From: Blepharisma stoltei ATCC 30299
Taxonomy: Eukaryota; Protista; Ciliophora
Length of the DNA stretch: 64,000 bases
Reading direction: 5' to 3'
NCBI GenBank assembly: GCA_965603825.1
Contig: CBFDEM010000034.1
Location: forward strand, 1 to 64,000
Part shown: piece by piece, positions 23,608 through 34,978 of the stretch
How the letters are laid out: every line of letters begins with the position of its first letter
How positions within the stretch are numbered: position 1 is the first letter of the stretch
Program-made: the position numbers and the translations under genes
Notes under the pieces: model-generated
What the model was told of the DNA's origin: nothing
What the model saw: only the letters and a program-made list of their open reading frames with translations
Databases searched by the model: none

Positions 23608-24051
23608 ATGGAAAATTGTCAAATATGCAATAGAGAAATACCGATTGGGAGTCCCTGCGTCTGCCAAGAAGAAAATAGCTTGCATCCTGAGCTAGACATG
23701 CTATTGACTATTTTAGATGTAATGGACTATAAAGTGAAACTGTATAAAGAAACCATGCAGAACCGGCTGTTTATGATAAAAGAAGATATAATGGCAAGCG
23801 TTAATGAAGAGATCACAAAATATCACCAATTTTTGTTGAAAAGTATGAACACGCTTGAAAATTTTATCGATTTGCTGCAAAACAGTGAAGATGAAGAAAA
23901 CATCCCCGACGAGCTTTTAAACGTAATTCCTAGCATCAAGCCTATCAAGTTTAGCTTAAACTCTACAGAAATCCAAGAAGAATTCGCAAGAGCTCTGGCA
24001 GGAGAGCACGTGTATTTTAGAGAATCAATAAGAGCAAAATCTAGTTCTTAA
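23608..24051 (+). CDS. Hypothetical protein, N-terminal CxxC...CxC, helical/coiled-coil body
   Basis: ATG to TAA, 147 aa; fills the gap between two well-supported genes. Confidence 0.7.
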   Translation: MENCQICNREIPIGSPCVCQEENSLHPELDMLLTILDVMDYKVKLYKETMQNRLFMIKEDIMASVNEEITKYHQFLLKSMNTLENFIDLLQNSEDEENIPDELLNVIPSIKPIKFSLNSTEIQEEFARALAGEHVYFRESIRAKSSS

Positions 24052-24056
24052 TTATG

Positions 24057-25619
24057 CTAACTAATCCCTGCGCTCATGAATTTCTTTTTATCCCACTCTG
24101 TAGATTGGCCTCTTGACAGCTTGATTTTCTTATAAAGCTTAGAGATTTGGCTGTTTTCGTTCTGAAGCTCTTGAAGAAGCTGACTTTCGTTGTAACCTAA
24201 TTTCTTCATGCTGCAGACGATATCTAAATCTAAGGCGTCACCATTGATACTGGAGGCGTATTCAAAAGTCTGTGTCATTTCTTCGTCAGCGCCCATTGCA
24301 AAAATCCCTGAGGTGTTAAGTCATGGGTCTTTTAAAACGTCTGCTACACTTGGCCGTCGATTTGGGTCTAATTTTAATATTTTCAAAATCAAACTTTTAG
24401 CTCCAGCTGAGACATGCTGAGGAACTGTAAAATAGCCTTGTTGAATTTTTCTATACAATTCAGTGTCATTTGAGCCTCTGAATGGATATGTCCCACATAA
24501 AAATACATAAATCAAGACACCAACTGCTCAAATATCGACGGGCGGCCCTGCGTATTCTTTTCGAGATACAATTTCTGGAGCCATATAGCTTGGTGTCCCG
24601 CAGAAGATTTTTGCTTTTTGAGTATTCGGCATATGTGTAGAGAACCCAAAATCTATTAATTTTACATTTGAATGCTCATCCAGCAGCAAATTCTCCAATT
24701 TTATGTCTCTATGCGCAATGTTTTTCTTATGACAATAATCCAAAGCCACCAAAACTTGTTTTATCAGTTTTTTTGCCTCAGTCTCATCAAGTCGTCTATT
24801 AGGTTTTCTCTTCAAATACCCATGCAATGAGCATCCTTGCACATATTCCATAACAAGATGCAGCTGCCTCGGGGTATCCAAAACTTCATATAGCTTTACT
24901 ATGTACGGATGATCCAGCATTCTCATGATATCAATTTCCCTCATCACATTTTTTTTCCGATGTGGGTCTAACAGTTTTGTTTTTTCATAAGTTTTAAATG
25001 CACATTTTTGTTTACTAGGATTATGGACTACCACTTTTACAGACGCATAAGCTCCTTGGCCCACTTGTGTGCCTACTGTATAATCTTCAACAGAACCTCG
25101 GAATTTTGGGTCTGTGAGGCTGTTTTCTTGTTTTGACTGTGGAGATGGACTCCTTTGAAGTAATGGCGGCCTAAGTAAAGGATTTCTATTTGTCTCAGCT
25201 TTATGGTCTTCTTTAGACTCATGGGCTGTTGGTTTTCGGCCTGTAGGGGGTTTTCCGAGTGGAAGAGTGGCGCTATGTTTAATTGCTTTTTCTTCTTCTG
25301 ATTTCTTGTTTGGAGATGGGGCAACTGTAGTTCTTGGTAAGCTGCTTTGCCGTTTGTTTATTTTTTCTTTGAGTTCTTCGGTTTCTTTTACGATTTTTTG
25401 TGTGTGAATTTCAACATATTCTGCAAATTTACTTTTATCAGTCTTTGAGTGTAATTTCCGAATTAAATCAATTACAGTTCCAGTCGTTCTTATTACTCCT
25501 GCTGACACTGGTCGCTTATTTATAGGCTTCATAAAGGTGATTTTTTGTAGATTGGAATTTTTCCTCGGTTTTTCTTTTTGGTCAGGGATAAGACTGGTTT
25601 TAGCATTGCTTATGTGCAT
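24057..25619 (-). CDS. CAMK-group Ser/Thr kinase (AMPK/SNF1/MARK-like) with UBA-like tail
   Basis: GQGAYASV, HRDIKLEN, DFG, FCGTPSYMAPE. TGA supplies the conserved Trp of PVDI(W) at 24528 and DP(W) at 24321. Confidence 0.96.
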
Positions 25620-25699
25620 TTTCCTATTAAATTTAATTAAGAATCATGTTTGCTTGAATTAATGGAGTGGAGGTGTGTAAACATTTATTAAAGCTAAAA

Positions 25700-25957
25700 T
25701 TATACGGGTTCAAGAGGAAACCATTCCTCGTGCTTGTTTTCAAGTAAACTTGAATCTTGTTTAAACCAATCTGAGTCAAACTTGCTATTAGTTCTTGACA
25801 TGTTTAACCTCCCAATCATAAACCAGATATGGCCACTCGCTAGAAGTGAGCAGTAAAGGTAGATGTAGTTATTGTCCCAAGGCTCAAAGTTGCTGAAGCA
25901 GATCGCGATGTATTCGGCAATTACAATTGCTAAGCTGATTTGGTGGATTTTTAACAT
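25700..25957 (-). CDS. Small putative membrane protein, 85 aa
   Basis: ATG to TAA, two hydrophobic segments, GC above the flanks. Confidence 0.5.
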   Translation of the reverse strand: MLKIHQISLAIVIAEYIAICFSNFEPWDNNYIYLYCSLLASGHIWFMIGRLNMSRTNSKFDSDWFKQDSSLLENKHEEWFPLEPV

Positions 25958-26398
25958 TATAACTACCTTTTTAGTAATTATTCTCTTTGTATAATGTCAA
26001 ATTTGATTTTTATAAGTTAACAAAGAGTTGGAAAGTATATAAAGTCAGGTTTTTTTATATGAGTTTTTGAGAATTTTAAAATACAAAAAATAAAATTAGC
26101 TTTTAAAGGCGTATAAGGGCAAAAATAAATATTAAATTGGTTGCTTCTTGAATCCACAATTTATATGGGAAAAGTATATGTGGAGCATTTATTTAAATAA
26201 TTAAAAAGTAAAGAAATATATTATTGTCTTTACAAGAATGCTTAAAGTTTCCTTATAATAATTATAAAATTGATAGATGCAAGCTGATATATATTTTTTT
26301 AATTTTATTCCTCTTGCCTATAAAAAGATCACCAACTCTACTTAGAGTTCTAAGCTGACTCCTTAATTTAATCATTACATTTTAATGATCTCATAACT

Positions 26399-26905
26399 TT
26401 ATATGCATAACGATTTCACCCTTTCTTCAATTTCCTTCGGAATCTCCGCAATTCCAATCTGTTCCTTAAATTGAGGAATAATACTCTTATTCCCCGACGT
26501 TTTTCCTACGTCTTGTCCTTTCTGATGGAACCTTTTATCATACATCATGATGGTTTTGCTCATATGAAAAGAAAGATCTTTGCCTCTTTGGCCGCATTCT
26601 GGGCTATTCATGACATTCGTAAAAGTGCCTAATGATTTCTGCTGGAAACTTTGGTCTTTTACAATATCTTCGAGCTTTATTAGCGTATTTTTTCTAATAT
26701 CTTGGTCTTTTAGCACAACTCTGTTCAAAACTACTTCTTTAAGTCAGGCATTTACAAAAACATCTTTTATTTCGCCAGTTTTCGCATCTTTGATAATATC
26801 TTTTCGGACTTCAGTGTATAAATGCTGGCTTGCGAAGTAGCAGAAACTGCCGATAACAGTGACTGGGAAAGCTTTTCTGAAAACTCTGTAAATTAGGGAG
26901 CTCAT
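26399..26905 (-). CDS. Hypothetical protein, 168 aa, possibly mitochondrial
   Basis: ATG 26905 (MSSLIYRVFRKAFPVTVIGSFCYF...), one TGA=Trp, in frame with ORF 26399-26728. Confidence 0.7.
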
Positions 26906-27044
26906 TTTTAATTTATATAAAATACCTATTTTTACTTATTTAATTCTATAGCACAACATCTATATGATTGCAAGATATAGCTCCAGGCGCTTAGACTTTT
27001 AATTACTTCTAAAGGTAGATTGTCGCCATTGATTGAGAAGATAA

Positions 27045-27700
27045 AGTTTCCAATTTTTTATATTTTCTGATATAAGCTATAAGCATGAAAATTCATCCTA
27101 TGAAGTTGAAATTAAGCCCAATTTTTTTCCGAATAGTTCATTAACTGCCTTTTTACCTCAAGCTTATTATCTTTTTTCTTGTTTTCGGCATCATAAATTT
27201 GTCGCCATTTAGCAAATTTTTCTATTACATACCCTATTTTTTTTCAAGACTTGCTGATTTTTGTTATTATGTTTTTCTAATTTTATTAAACTCTTTTTGA
27301 TACCATAATTGATTTCATGTGCAAAATTTAATTTTTGGTTAAATTCCAAAAATGAGAAAAATTATCAAAACATCATATGTTCCTTATTTATTTTGCATTG
27401 CCTCTCTAAATATACAGTAACAGTATTATTTTCTATTTCATACCACGGCACCATGATGAACTGGCATAAAGGATCGGCTCCGCAGTAGATATTTGAGTTG
27501 GAGATTGGTGAGTCATATCAAATCAATGTGTTTTCTAAGCTATATCTCTATCTATTTGAGGTATGAGATGATGGGAAATAGTAAAGCATCAGATTCTGAG
27601 TTTAGATGAAAATAGGATGAAGGAATTGTTGGAATGAGCTCGCAGCCAGAGTTAGCTGATATGATAGTTTCTCTTAATTAATTTTCAAGAAAATGCAGAG
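27045..27700 (-). pseudogene. Decayed tandem duplicate of the 27888-28724 gene
   Basis: Translates to ELIPTIPSS...SESDALLFPIISYLK*...WYDSPISNSNIYCGADPL...YEIENNTVTV...KKIGYVIE...WRQIY...FGKKLGLNF, colinear with the neighbour but with stops and frameshifts. Confidence 0.8.
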
Positions 27701-27887
27701 TCAATTAAGTCACTCTCTTTTCTTCGTTTAAATACTTGAGATTTCATATTATAGGAATCGGCATCCCTAAGCTTCTTCTTGCATTTGTATTTTTCATACC
27801 TTTTCCTTCATATTAAGTATTTTCTATTGAACAATTTTCCAAAATTATCAAAAAATTAACAACATTTCTTAAGCTCTAATATTTTAT

Positions 27888-28724
27888 TTAATATTGTATT
27901 TCTCCACCTTTAAATTTGAGCGAAAATCCTGGAGCACAACATCTATTATGTTTACAAGCTGGAGTCCCTGGCTCTTGTAATCTCATCAAAACTTCTTTTG
28001 GCACATCTTCTCCAGCTTCAATCTGTGCAGCATACACCTGTAGGTTTTTGCATTTTTTTACATAAGCTCTCAAAACCCCTACTTTATCATCCTTATGTTC
28101 TTGGAAATTAAATCCAAATTTCTTCCCAAATCTTATTTGCAATAAATAGTCATCTAAGGATTTTTTTGAAATTCCAACTTGGTCAGCAGCTTTATCTAGT
28201 GCTAGCTTATTAAGGAGCCCATTTTCTCCCTGAGTCCCAGCATAAAGTTTTCTTCACGTAGAGACTCTTTCTATTATAAAACCAATTTTTCGCTCTTTTG
28301 TCCTTCTAGCTGCGTGCGATTTTGTGATGGCCTCTTGTTGTGGTTTTAGCTTGGGATTTGAATTATTGCCTACTGTTGCAATAGTTCCAAAAGAATTTCT
28401 AATCGCCTCTCGGCAAATAATAGTTATTGTGTTGTTTTCTATTTCATAAGACGGGATCGATGTAAATAAAGGCAAAGGGTCATTGCCACAATAAATATTT
28501 GAATCTGAAGTTGGGGAATAATATCACATCATTGAATGCTCAAGATCATAGCCTAGACTCTTTAGATATGTTAATACAGGGCATAATAAAAGATCAGATG
28601 CTGAGTTGTACTGGATGTTGGACTGAGGAACACAAGGAATCAATTCTGTATTGAAATTTTGAGGGTTTCCGAATTTTATGAGTACACTGAGGGATTCATT
28701 CAGGTTTATTTCTTCGTTAGCCAT
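27888..28724 (-). CDS. Putative helix-turn-helix DNA-binding protein (ciliate-type family)
   Basis: Three ORFs joined by TGA=Trp (28524, 28254). RRTKERKIGFIIERVSTWRKLY...LDKAADQVGISKKSLDDYLLQIRFG fits an HTH pattern. Confidence 0.8.
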
Positions 28725-29295
28725 TAAATTATGATGCCATCTATTAAAGCTTTTATGAATAGCATGCTTAAAATTTTAAATGATATAAATAATTTTTTCA
28801 GGGTTAGCAGAGAAAGAATATAAGAATTGGAGAGTTTTTTTTAAAGAAAAATAGTCTTTAAAAATTCTTTAATATAAATCTTAAAAATGGACTTTTTTGC
28901 AATTTATATTTAATTAGGTAAATCCTCTATGAATTTTTTGAATAAGCTAACTCGAAAAATCAGATATTTCAAATTATGTGAATCAAGGCATAGAATTTTG
29001 TAAATGTTTTTATCTGGAAACATAATTTCAATAGTATTAAGATAGAAATTAATCAAAAACCAAGAAAAGGCACTAAATCAAGCTTAAAAACCTAGAAATC
29101 TGTAATTCAAAAATGTTTATTCAAGAATAGTTAAATTGTCTTTCGAATAATAGTTATTTTCTTGATAAGTTATCATTATTTTATAATTATTCATATAAAT
29201 TAAAAATTTTGCAATATTCTTATAAATCTGCCATTTTAAGTTAAGAAAATCAGAATTTATTACCTAGATTATTGAGGGTAAAAGGGATTTTAATA

Positions 29296-29365
29296 ATAAA
29301 TTAGAAGAAAAACATCACAAATAATAATAAATAAATTAGAAGAAAAACATCACAAATAATAATAA
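29296..29365. repeat. Perfect 35-bp tandem duplication
   Basis: ATAAATTAGAAGAAAAACATCACAAATAATAATAA x2. Confidence 0.9.
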
Positions 29366-29419
29366 AAAACTAAGCATAATTCCTTATAGAATTTTTTTTG
29401 CATTTAGAAAATGTGTATT

Positions 29420-30298
29420 TTATTTATCCCTTCCTAATATTTTCATCATCATTTCAAACCCCGCTATATATGCTGCATTTGCTGGAAAAGCTCTCAACAA
29501 AGCAGGAATTAGTCCTCTTGTCATTCCAGCATACCCCATCTCTTTTACCGTCATTTTTCAGCACTCTTTTCCCGAACTATACCTTGGATTTGTTAACGAA
29601 TCAGCTTGGATTTTAGATTTTATAATATCAAGCCAAAATATACCTATCCAATAAATAACTCCAGCAGTTCCTCCACAGATCATGCACTGCCACATTTTTA
29701 GCTGATGGGCGTCTATATGATCCCCTCCAAAAATCTTTTTCGCAATCCCTTGGTAAGCTCCGAAAAAAATTGTATTTCCAAAAGTGTCTCGAAAAAACGA
29801 CACTTTTAGCCCTCTATAGAGTCCTTTAACTCCATAGTTATTAAAAATATATTTAAAACAGTCAGCTGAATTTTTATATTTTGGATCTCCTCGGGTATCT
29901 ATTTTCCCTTGCGTTTGCATTTTTACCACAACATGCTCAAATGGACATATCACAAATGCCCTTACAAAGCCTGAAGCAGTTCCACATATAGAATGCTGCC
30001 AAATTTTTAAGCTTTTTTCAGGATTTTTTGGGTCTCTGAAAAACCTTTTTGTGTTCTCATTTGTACCAAGGGATACCGAGCTTGTAATGGTGGATCCAGC
30101 CACGATCGGCAGTGATGCTTTTCAAAATGCTAAAATTCCTTCATATCTCACTAATGCTAAAACAGTCGAAATTGTGGAGTTTCCTGTGTTTTGCATGCGG
30201 ACTTTAATGATGTCTAATGGTTGGCCGACCATAATAGCGCTTCAGGATGCGCCAATTCCTGAGAGGAAGCTTTTATAATCGAGAAAAAAGTTATCCAT
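29420..30298 (-). CDS. Mitochondrial carrier (SLC25; carnitine/basic amino acid-YMC-like), copy 3
   Basis: GQPLDIIKVRMQ, CPFEHVVVKMQ, DIIKSKIQ, RAFPANAA; three TGA=Trp. Confidence 0.92.
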
Positions 30299-30327
30299 TT
30301 TCTTACAGTAAATTAATAATTCCATGA

Positions 30328-31218
30328 TTATTTATCTTCTCTTGCTAAAAACTTCATGGTAACTTCAAAACCAGCCATATAAGCTGCATTAGAAGGAAAA
30401 GCCCTCAGTAATGCGGGAAGCCACCCTTTTGTGAACCCAGAGAGGCCTCCTTTTTGTAATGTGATTTTGATACAGTCTGCAACTCCTTTATACCTTGGAT
30501 TTGTAAAGGAATCGGCTTGGATTTTTGTTTTTACTATATCAAATCCAAAAATCCCAATTCAATAAACAACTCCAGCAAGTCCTCCACAAATAATAATTTG
30601 TCATAAAGGTAATTGATGTGTATCTATGGAATCTCCTCCAAAAATCTTTTTCCCAGCCATTTGGTATGCCGCAAAAAACAGTCCATATCCAAATATATCT
30701 CTAGACAAACAAACATTGAATCCCCTATACAGTCCTTTTACCCCATAATTTTTATATATAGAAATAAAGCAATCTCTTGGGTTTTTATAATAATGATCTT
30801 CTCTAGAGCCAAGCTGCCCTTGCACCTGGATTTTTACAGCCACATGCTCAAAAGGACACGCAAAAATCGATTTTGATATCCCAGAAATGGAGCCACACAA
30901 TGCATGCTGCCAGATTTTCAAACTTTCTGTAGGATCTGATGGGTTTTTAAAGATTTTTTTGAAATTTTCATTTATTCCTAATGATAATGAGCTTGTAATA
31001 GTCGAGCCTACCAGTGGGGCAGATGCAGCTTTTCAAAAAGCAAAAAATCCTTCACGCTTTATTAGGCTGGAAATTGTCAAAATTGTGGAGCTGCCTGTGT
31101 TCTGCATGCGAACTTTAATGATATCAAGTGGCTGACTGACGAGTATTGAGGTTCATGAGGCTACTACACCTGATAAAAATGATTTGTAATCGAGATAATA
31201 ATTATTTTTCGCACTCAT
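30328..31218 (-). CDS. Mitochondrial carrier (SLC25), copy 2
   Basis: SQPLDIIKVRMQ, CPFEHVAVKIQ, DIVKTKIQ, RAFPSNAA; TGA=Trp. Confidence 0.92.
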
Positions 31219-31315
31219 TTTAGATTGTATGAATTCGAGAAATGGTGGAATTTCATTAAAAATGATTAAATACACTAATGAAAATAATAAATTTAACGAG
31301 GACATTTACTTTAAA

Positions 31316-32203
31316 TTACTTATAAGTTCTCCCGAATAGTGACATCGTCACTTCGAATCCTGTCAAAACTGCTGCATTGACAGGAAAAGCCCTTAAAATG
31401 CAGGGTACAAAGCCTTTAAAATACCCAGCCATACCAAATTCTTTATAAGTAAGCCTGACGCATTCTCTAAGATTTTTATATTTTGGATTTGCATAAGAGT
31501 CTGACTGAATTTTTGATTTGAGGACGTCAAATGGAAAACCAATCCAATAGGCATAGCCAGCTACACCTCCACAGACCATAATTTTCCATACACTTAGCTC
31601 TTTAGTAGTTACATTTGTAGTACCAAAGATATTCCTCCCAGACCACTGAAAAATTGTAAAAAGCATTGTCATGCCTATTAGTTCTCTCATCATCGTCATA
31701 TAAAATCCTTTATAAAGCCCCACAATTCCATGGTTTTTCAAAATCGTCAAAAAGCAGTCCACCGATCCTTTATAAATTGGATCTCCTCTAGGATCAATTC
31801 TCCCCTGAATCTGTATCCTAATCCTTACATTCTCAACAGGACATGTAATAAAAGCTCTAGAAAATCCAGCAATAATTCCACAAGTGGCATGCTGATTCAA
31901 ACTTAATATTTCTCCAGGCTTATTATGAGAACTTATAATTCTTTTAGCATTCTCATTGATGCCAAACGATATCGAATTTCCTAATCCTAAGCCTATCAGT
32001 GGTGGCAATGAGCCTTTCCACAAGGCAAAAAACCCTTCATTTTGGAGCAGGGTTTTTAACGTAACTCATGCAGATCCGCCACTATTTTGCAGCCTGACTT
32101 TTACGATGTCAAAAGGCTGCCCAACAATGACCCCACACCAAGCCCCGACAACTCCAGACACGAATCCTTTGAATTCAGGGAAAAAGCTTGGTTTTCTTTC
32201 CAT
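31316..32203 (-). CDS. Mitochondrial carrier (SLC25), copy 1
   Basis: GQPFDIVKVRLQ, CPVENVRIRIQ, FPFDVLKSKIQ, RAFPVNAA; ATG 32203, one TGA=Trp. Confidence 0.94.
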
Positions 32204-32214
32204 TTATAAACAAA

Positions 32215-32562
32215 ATGATTGTACATGTTCATATAAAAGATCAAATCTTTCCTATACAGTGTGGAACTGGCTGCCAAAGGCTGCAGTGGCTGGGAGATGT
32301 AGGAGTTTTCCGATATGAGCATTTTTTTAACGTGTCTACAGGGGTCTGTAAAGCCCTTGAACTGGAGGATGGAACTGCTTTAGATGTAGGCAGCATTATA
32401 TCTGATACAATTCCAGAAAATTCTCATGTGTGGGTTGTTCTTCAAGAAGACGAAATTGCGAAGAAGCGAGAAGAGCTAGATGATACCTCATCGAAAGTGT
32501 CATCTGTACATGAGCCTTCTCTTTTAAGGCCAAGAAATCAGCAAACAGCCAAAAGGAAGTAA
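32215..32562 (+). CDS. Small protein with Par3/HAL N-terminal-like (beta-grasp) domain
   Basis: MIVHVHIKDQIFPIQCGTGCQRLQWLGDVGVFRY...VWVVL resembles the HAL N-terminal pattern (C-G-x-G...WL...RY). Confidence 0.7.
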   Translation: MIVHVHIKDQIFPIQCGTGCQRLQWLGDVGVFRYEHFFNVSTGVCKALELEDGTALDVGSIISDTIPENSHVWVVLQEDEIAKKREELDDTSSKVSSVHEPSLLRPRNQQTAKRK

Positions 32563-32682
32563 ACAGCTAATATAAGTAATTTTATGTTGTAAAATTTAGT
32601 TGTATTTTATATCTGCTACCTTTCATAATTCAAACATCCTAAATTTTCCATTTACCTATATCTTCATAATTAAATTTAAAAA

Positions 32683-33570
32683 ATGTTAACAAGCCCTGCA
32701 GATTATTCTTCCCACAAAGACCGAATCCAAAGTCTCCTCAATGAGCCTGGAGTTCGTGAAAAGGTAATTGAAGAGCTCCAGTCACTCGGAATCCCAACAA
32801 TCCCATGTCTGAAATTTGAAATCAAAGGTCTCCAAGGACACACTTTTACACTCGAAGAAGAAGATTTAAGACGTGTTTTTTCCGTTTACGGTGAAATTGA
32901 GCATATTGAAGTCTTCGAATCTGAAGCCTATATCCAATTCCTCGATATCTGCTCTGCCTATTTCGCCCAAAAAACCCTTCATAGCCGAAACATTGAAAAT
33001 CTCCAAGCCAATCTTGAAGTAACCTGGCAGCTTTCCAACAGAGTCCCAGGCTCTTTAAGTGTATGGGGAAAGCAAAATAATTTGGTAAATGATTGCAGCT
33101 CAAAGTATACATGCAGATTTGACATACAAATTGATAATGAAAAAGAATTCCAAGTAGCAAGAAGACTAATTGGGCCTAAAGGAATTAATATGAAGAGGAT
33201 TGTAGAGATTTGCTCGAAAGGGATGAATTGCCAAGCTCACGATATCATTAAGTTGAGATTGAGAGGAAAAGGCTCAGGGTTTAAGGAAGGACCAAATCAA
33301 GAAGAAAGCTTTGAACAGCTTCATATGTGTGTGAGCTCAAAGTACTTTGGAAAGTATCAGCTTGCTTGTGAAGAAATTGAGAAGCTGATACAGCAGGTTT
33401 ATAGAGAGTATCAGCAGTTCCTTTGGACTAAAGGAATACCTGCAGCTTTGCTGCAGGTTAAAAAAATAGAAAATGTTGGATCATGTGGGCTGAAGGAAAG
33501 ATCAGTAAATCTTCCTGAACCGGCTTTTAATGAAAAACCAAAAGGTCTGAAAGAGAGAAAATTAGTTTAG
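32683..33570 (+). CDS. RRM + KH domain RNA-binding protein
   Basis: EEDLRRVFSVYGEI...AYIQF (RRM); RLIGPKG...KLRLRGKGSG...EQLHMCVS (SF1/KHDC4-type KH). Confidence 0.88.
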   Translation: MLTSPADYSSHKDRIQSLLNEPGVREKVIEELQSLGIPTIPCLKFEIKGLQGHTFTLEEEDLRRVFSVYGEIEHIEVFESEAYIQFLDICSAYFAQKTLHSRNIENLQANLEVTWQLSNRVPGSLSVWGKQNNLVNDCSSKYTCRFDIQIDNEKEFQVARRLIGPKGINMKRIVEICSKGMNCQAHDIIKLRLRGKGSGFKEGPNQEESFEQLHMCVSSKYFGKYQLACEEIEKLIQQVYREYQQFLWTKGIPAALLQVKKIENVGSCGLKERSVNLPEPAFNEKPKGLKERKLV

Positions 33571-33893
33571 ATTAATAAAAAATTTTACACATAAAATTTA
33601 AGATCCTATGAAATTATCTTTTTCCTCCGCTCATTTTGGACAATTTTTAATTTTTTGTTTATTTTTCATAATTAGCAATGATACATGAAAACTCAATGCT
33701 TAGAAATTTTTTTAATATGGAGCCATTAAACTTTTAATTTTTTAATCCAGCAGTCCTTAGATTTTTCGCCACATTATTTTTCTATATTATTTCTTTGATA
33801 CATATCATCTTCTTTCAGAAACTTTTTAAATTGCAAGATGGATTAATGGTTTAATTAATTATCTTTTTAATATACGTAATCAATAATAAATTA

Positions 33894-34865
33894 ATGGATT
33901 GTGAAAAATTTGAATATCATCCCAGCTGCCAAGATAAAAAGCCCCAGTTTTTCAACAACAGAGCTGGGCTTTCATATGAACTTCCTCAATTCGAGCTGGA
34001 CGAATTGTCAGTAGGTGACGATGTAGGTCAAAAAGAAACCAAAGAGCAGTTTGAGGATTATGAAAGCCTTCGCGCTGAGTTCCTTCAAACTGGTCCATCC
34101 CAACTAAGTTTCTTACTATTAAGAAGGATAATTCAAAATCCAAAAATCCCTTGTGAATTTCGTGCTCAGCCGCTTTTTCGTCTTCTCGTTGACGCTTGCA
34201 ATGCTTTAGCTTTAAATGAAATAGAAATATCAGTATGAGCGATTTTTCTAGACCGCTGCGTGTGGGCTGATAATATAGCGAAACTTGACTATGTCTTGTA
34301 TTATTCAGCATTGTCAGCAAAGGGCTATACAAATTCAGATATAAGCCCTTATTTGAGTTTCTTAGCTTCAAAGATCGGGAATTTTTATAGTAATTATATG
34401 CAGTGAACTCAGAGAAATAGAAGTCAGTTAGAAGTTACTGATAAAGAATTGAACTGTATTTATAAAAAGCTTAGATCTCCTTACAATGAGGATCTAGTCG
34501 ATTATAACTATTATGTTGACGATATTTTACAAATGTCTCCGCCCTACATGTCAGATCTTAAAGAGTCCACAGTCTCGAAAGATTTTTCAAGGGATGCAGA
34601 AGACACCACTTTGGCGACTTCACTGCCTAACCCAAAAAATAAAAAAATAATATTTTCTGATGCCAGCTGGGTCCCGAACTATGATTTTGAGTCTCCAACC
34701 CCATTAACTGCGAGTTCCCAGAAAAATTCAATTTTATCTCCGATGGTCCTTGAAAGAATTGATTTTATTTGTTCAGAATTTCTGAACTGTGAAGTACCTA
34801 AAATCAATGTTTGCCATTCAAGCAGAACTCAAAATCCTCTTTTGAGCAGTCTAGCTAACTTATAA
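33894..34865 (+). CDS. Hypothetical protein, 323 aa
   Basis: Two ORFs joined in frame through TGA at 34236 and about 34404; TAA stop. Confidence 0.8.
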
Positions 34866-34978
34866 GTTTATTTTAAAAATTTAATAATTTTTAATATTTA
34901 TCCTATTATTTTATTTTCCTAGATATTCTCTAACATTGCATAATTTTCAATTTTAATAATTAAAGATTTTTAATTTAG

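Noticed and set aside
34390-34403. GTAATTATATGCAG as a tiny spliceosomal intron
   Set aside because: It is 14 nt (heterotrich introns are 15-16 nt) and removal would break a frame that is already open.
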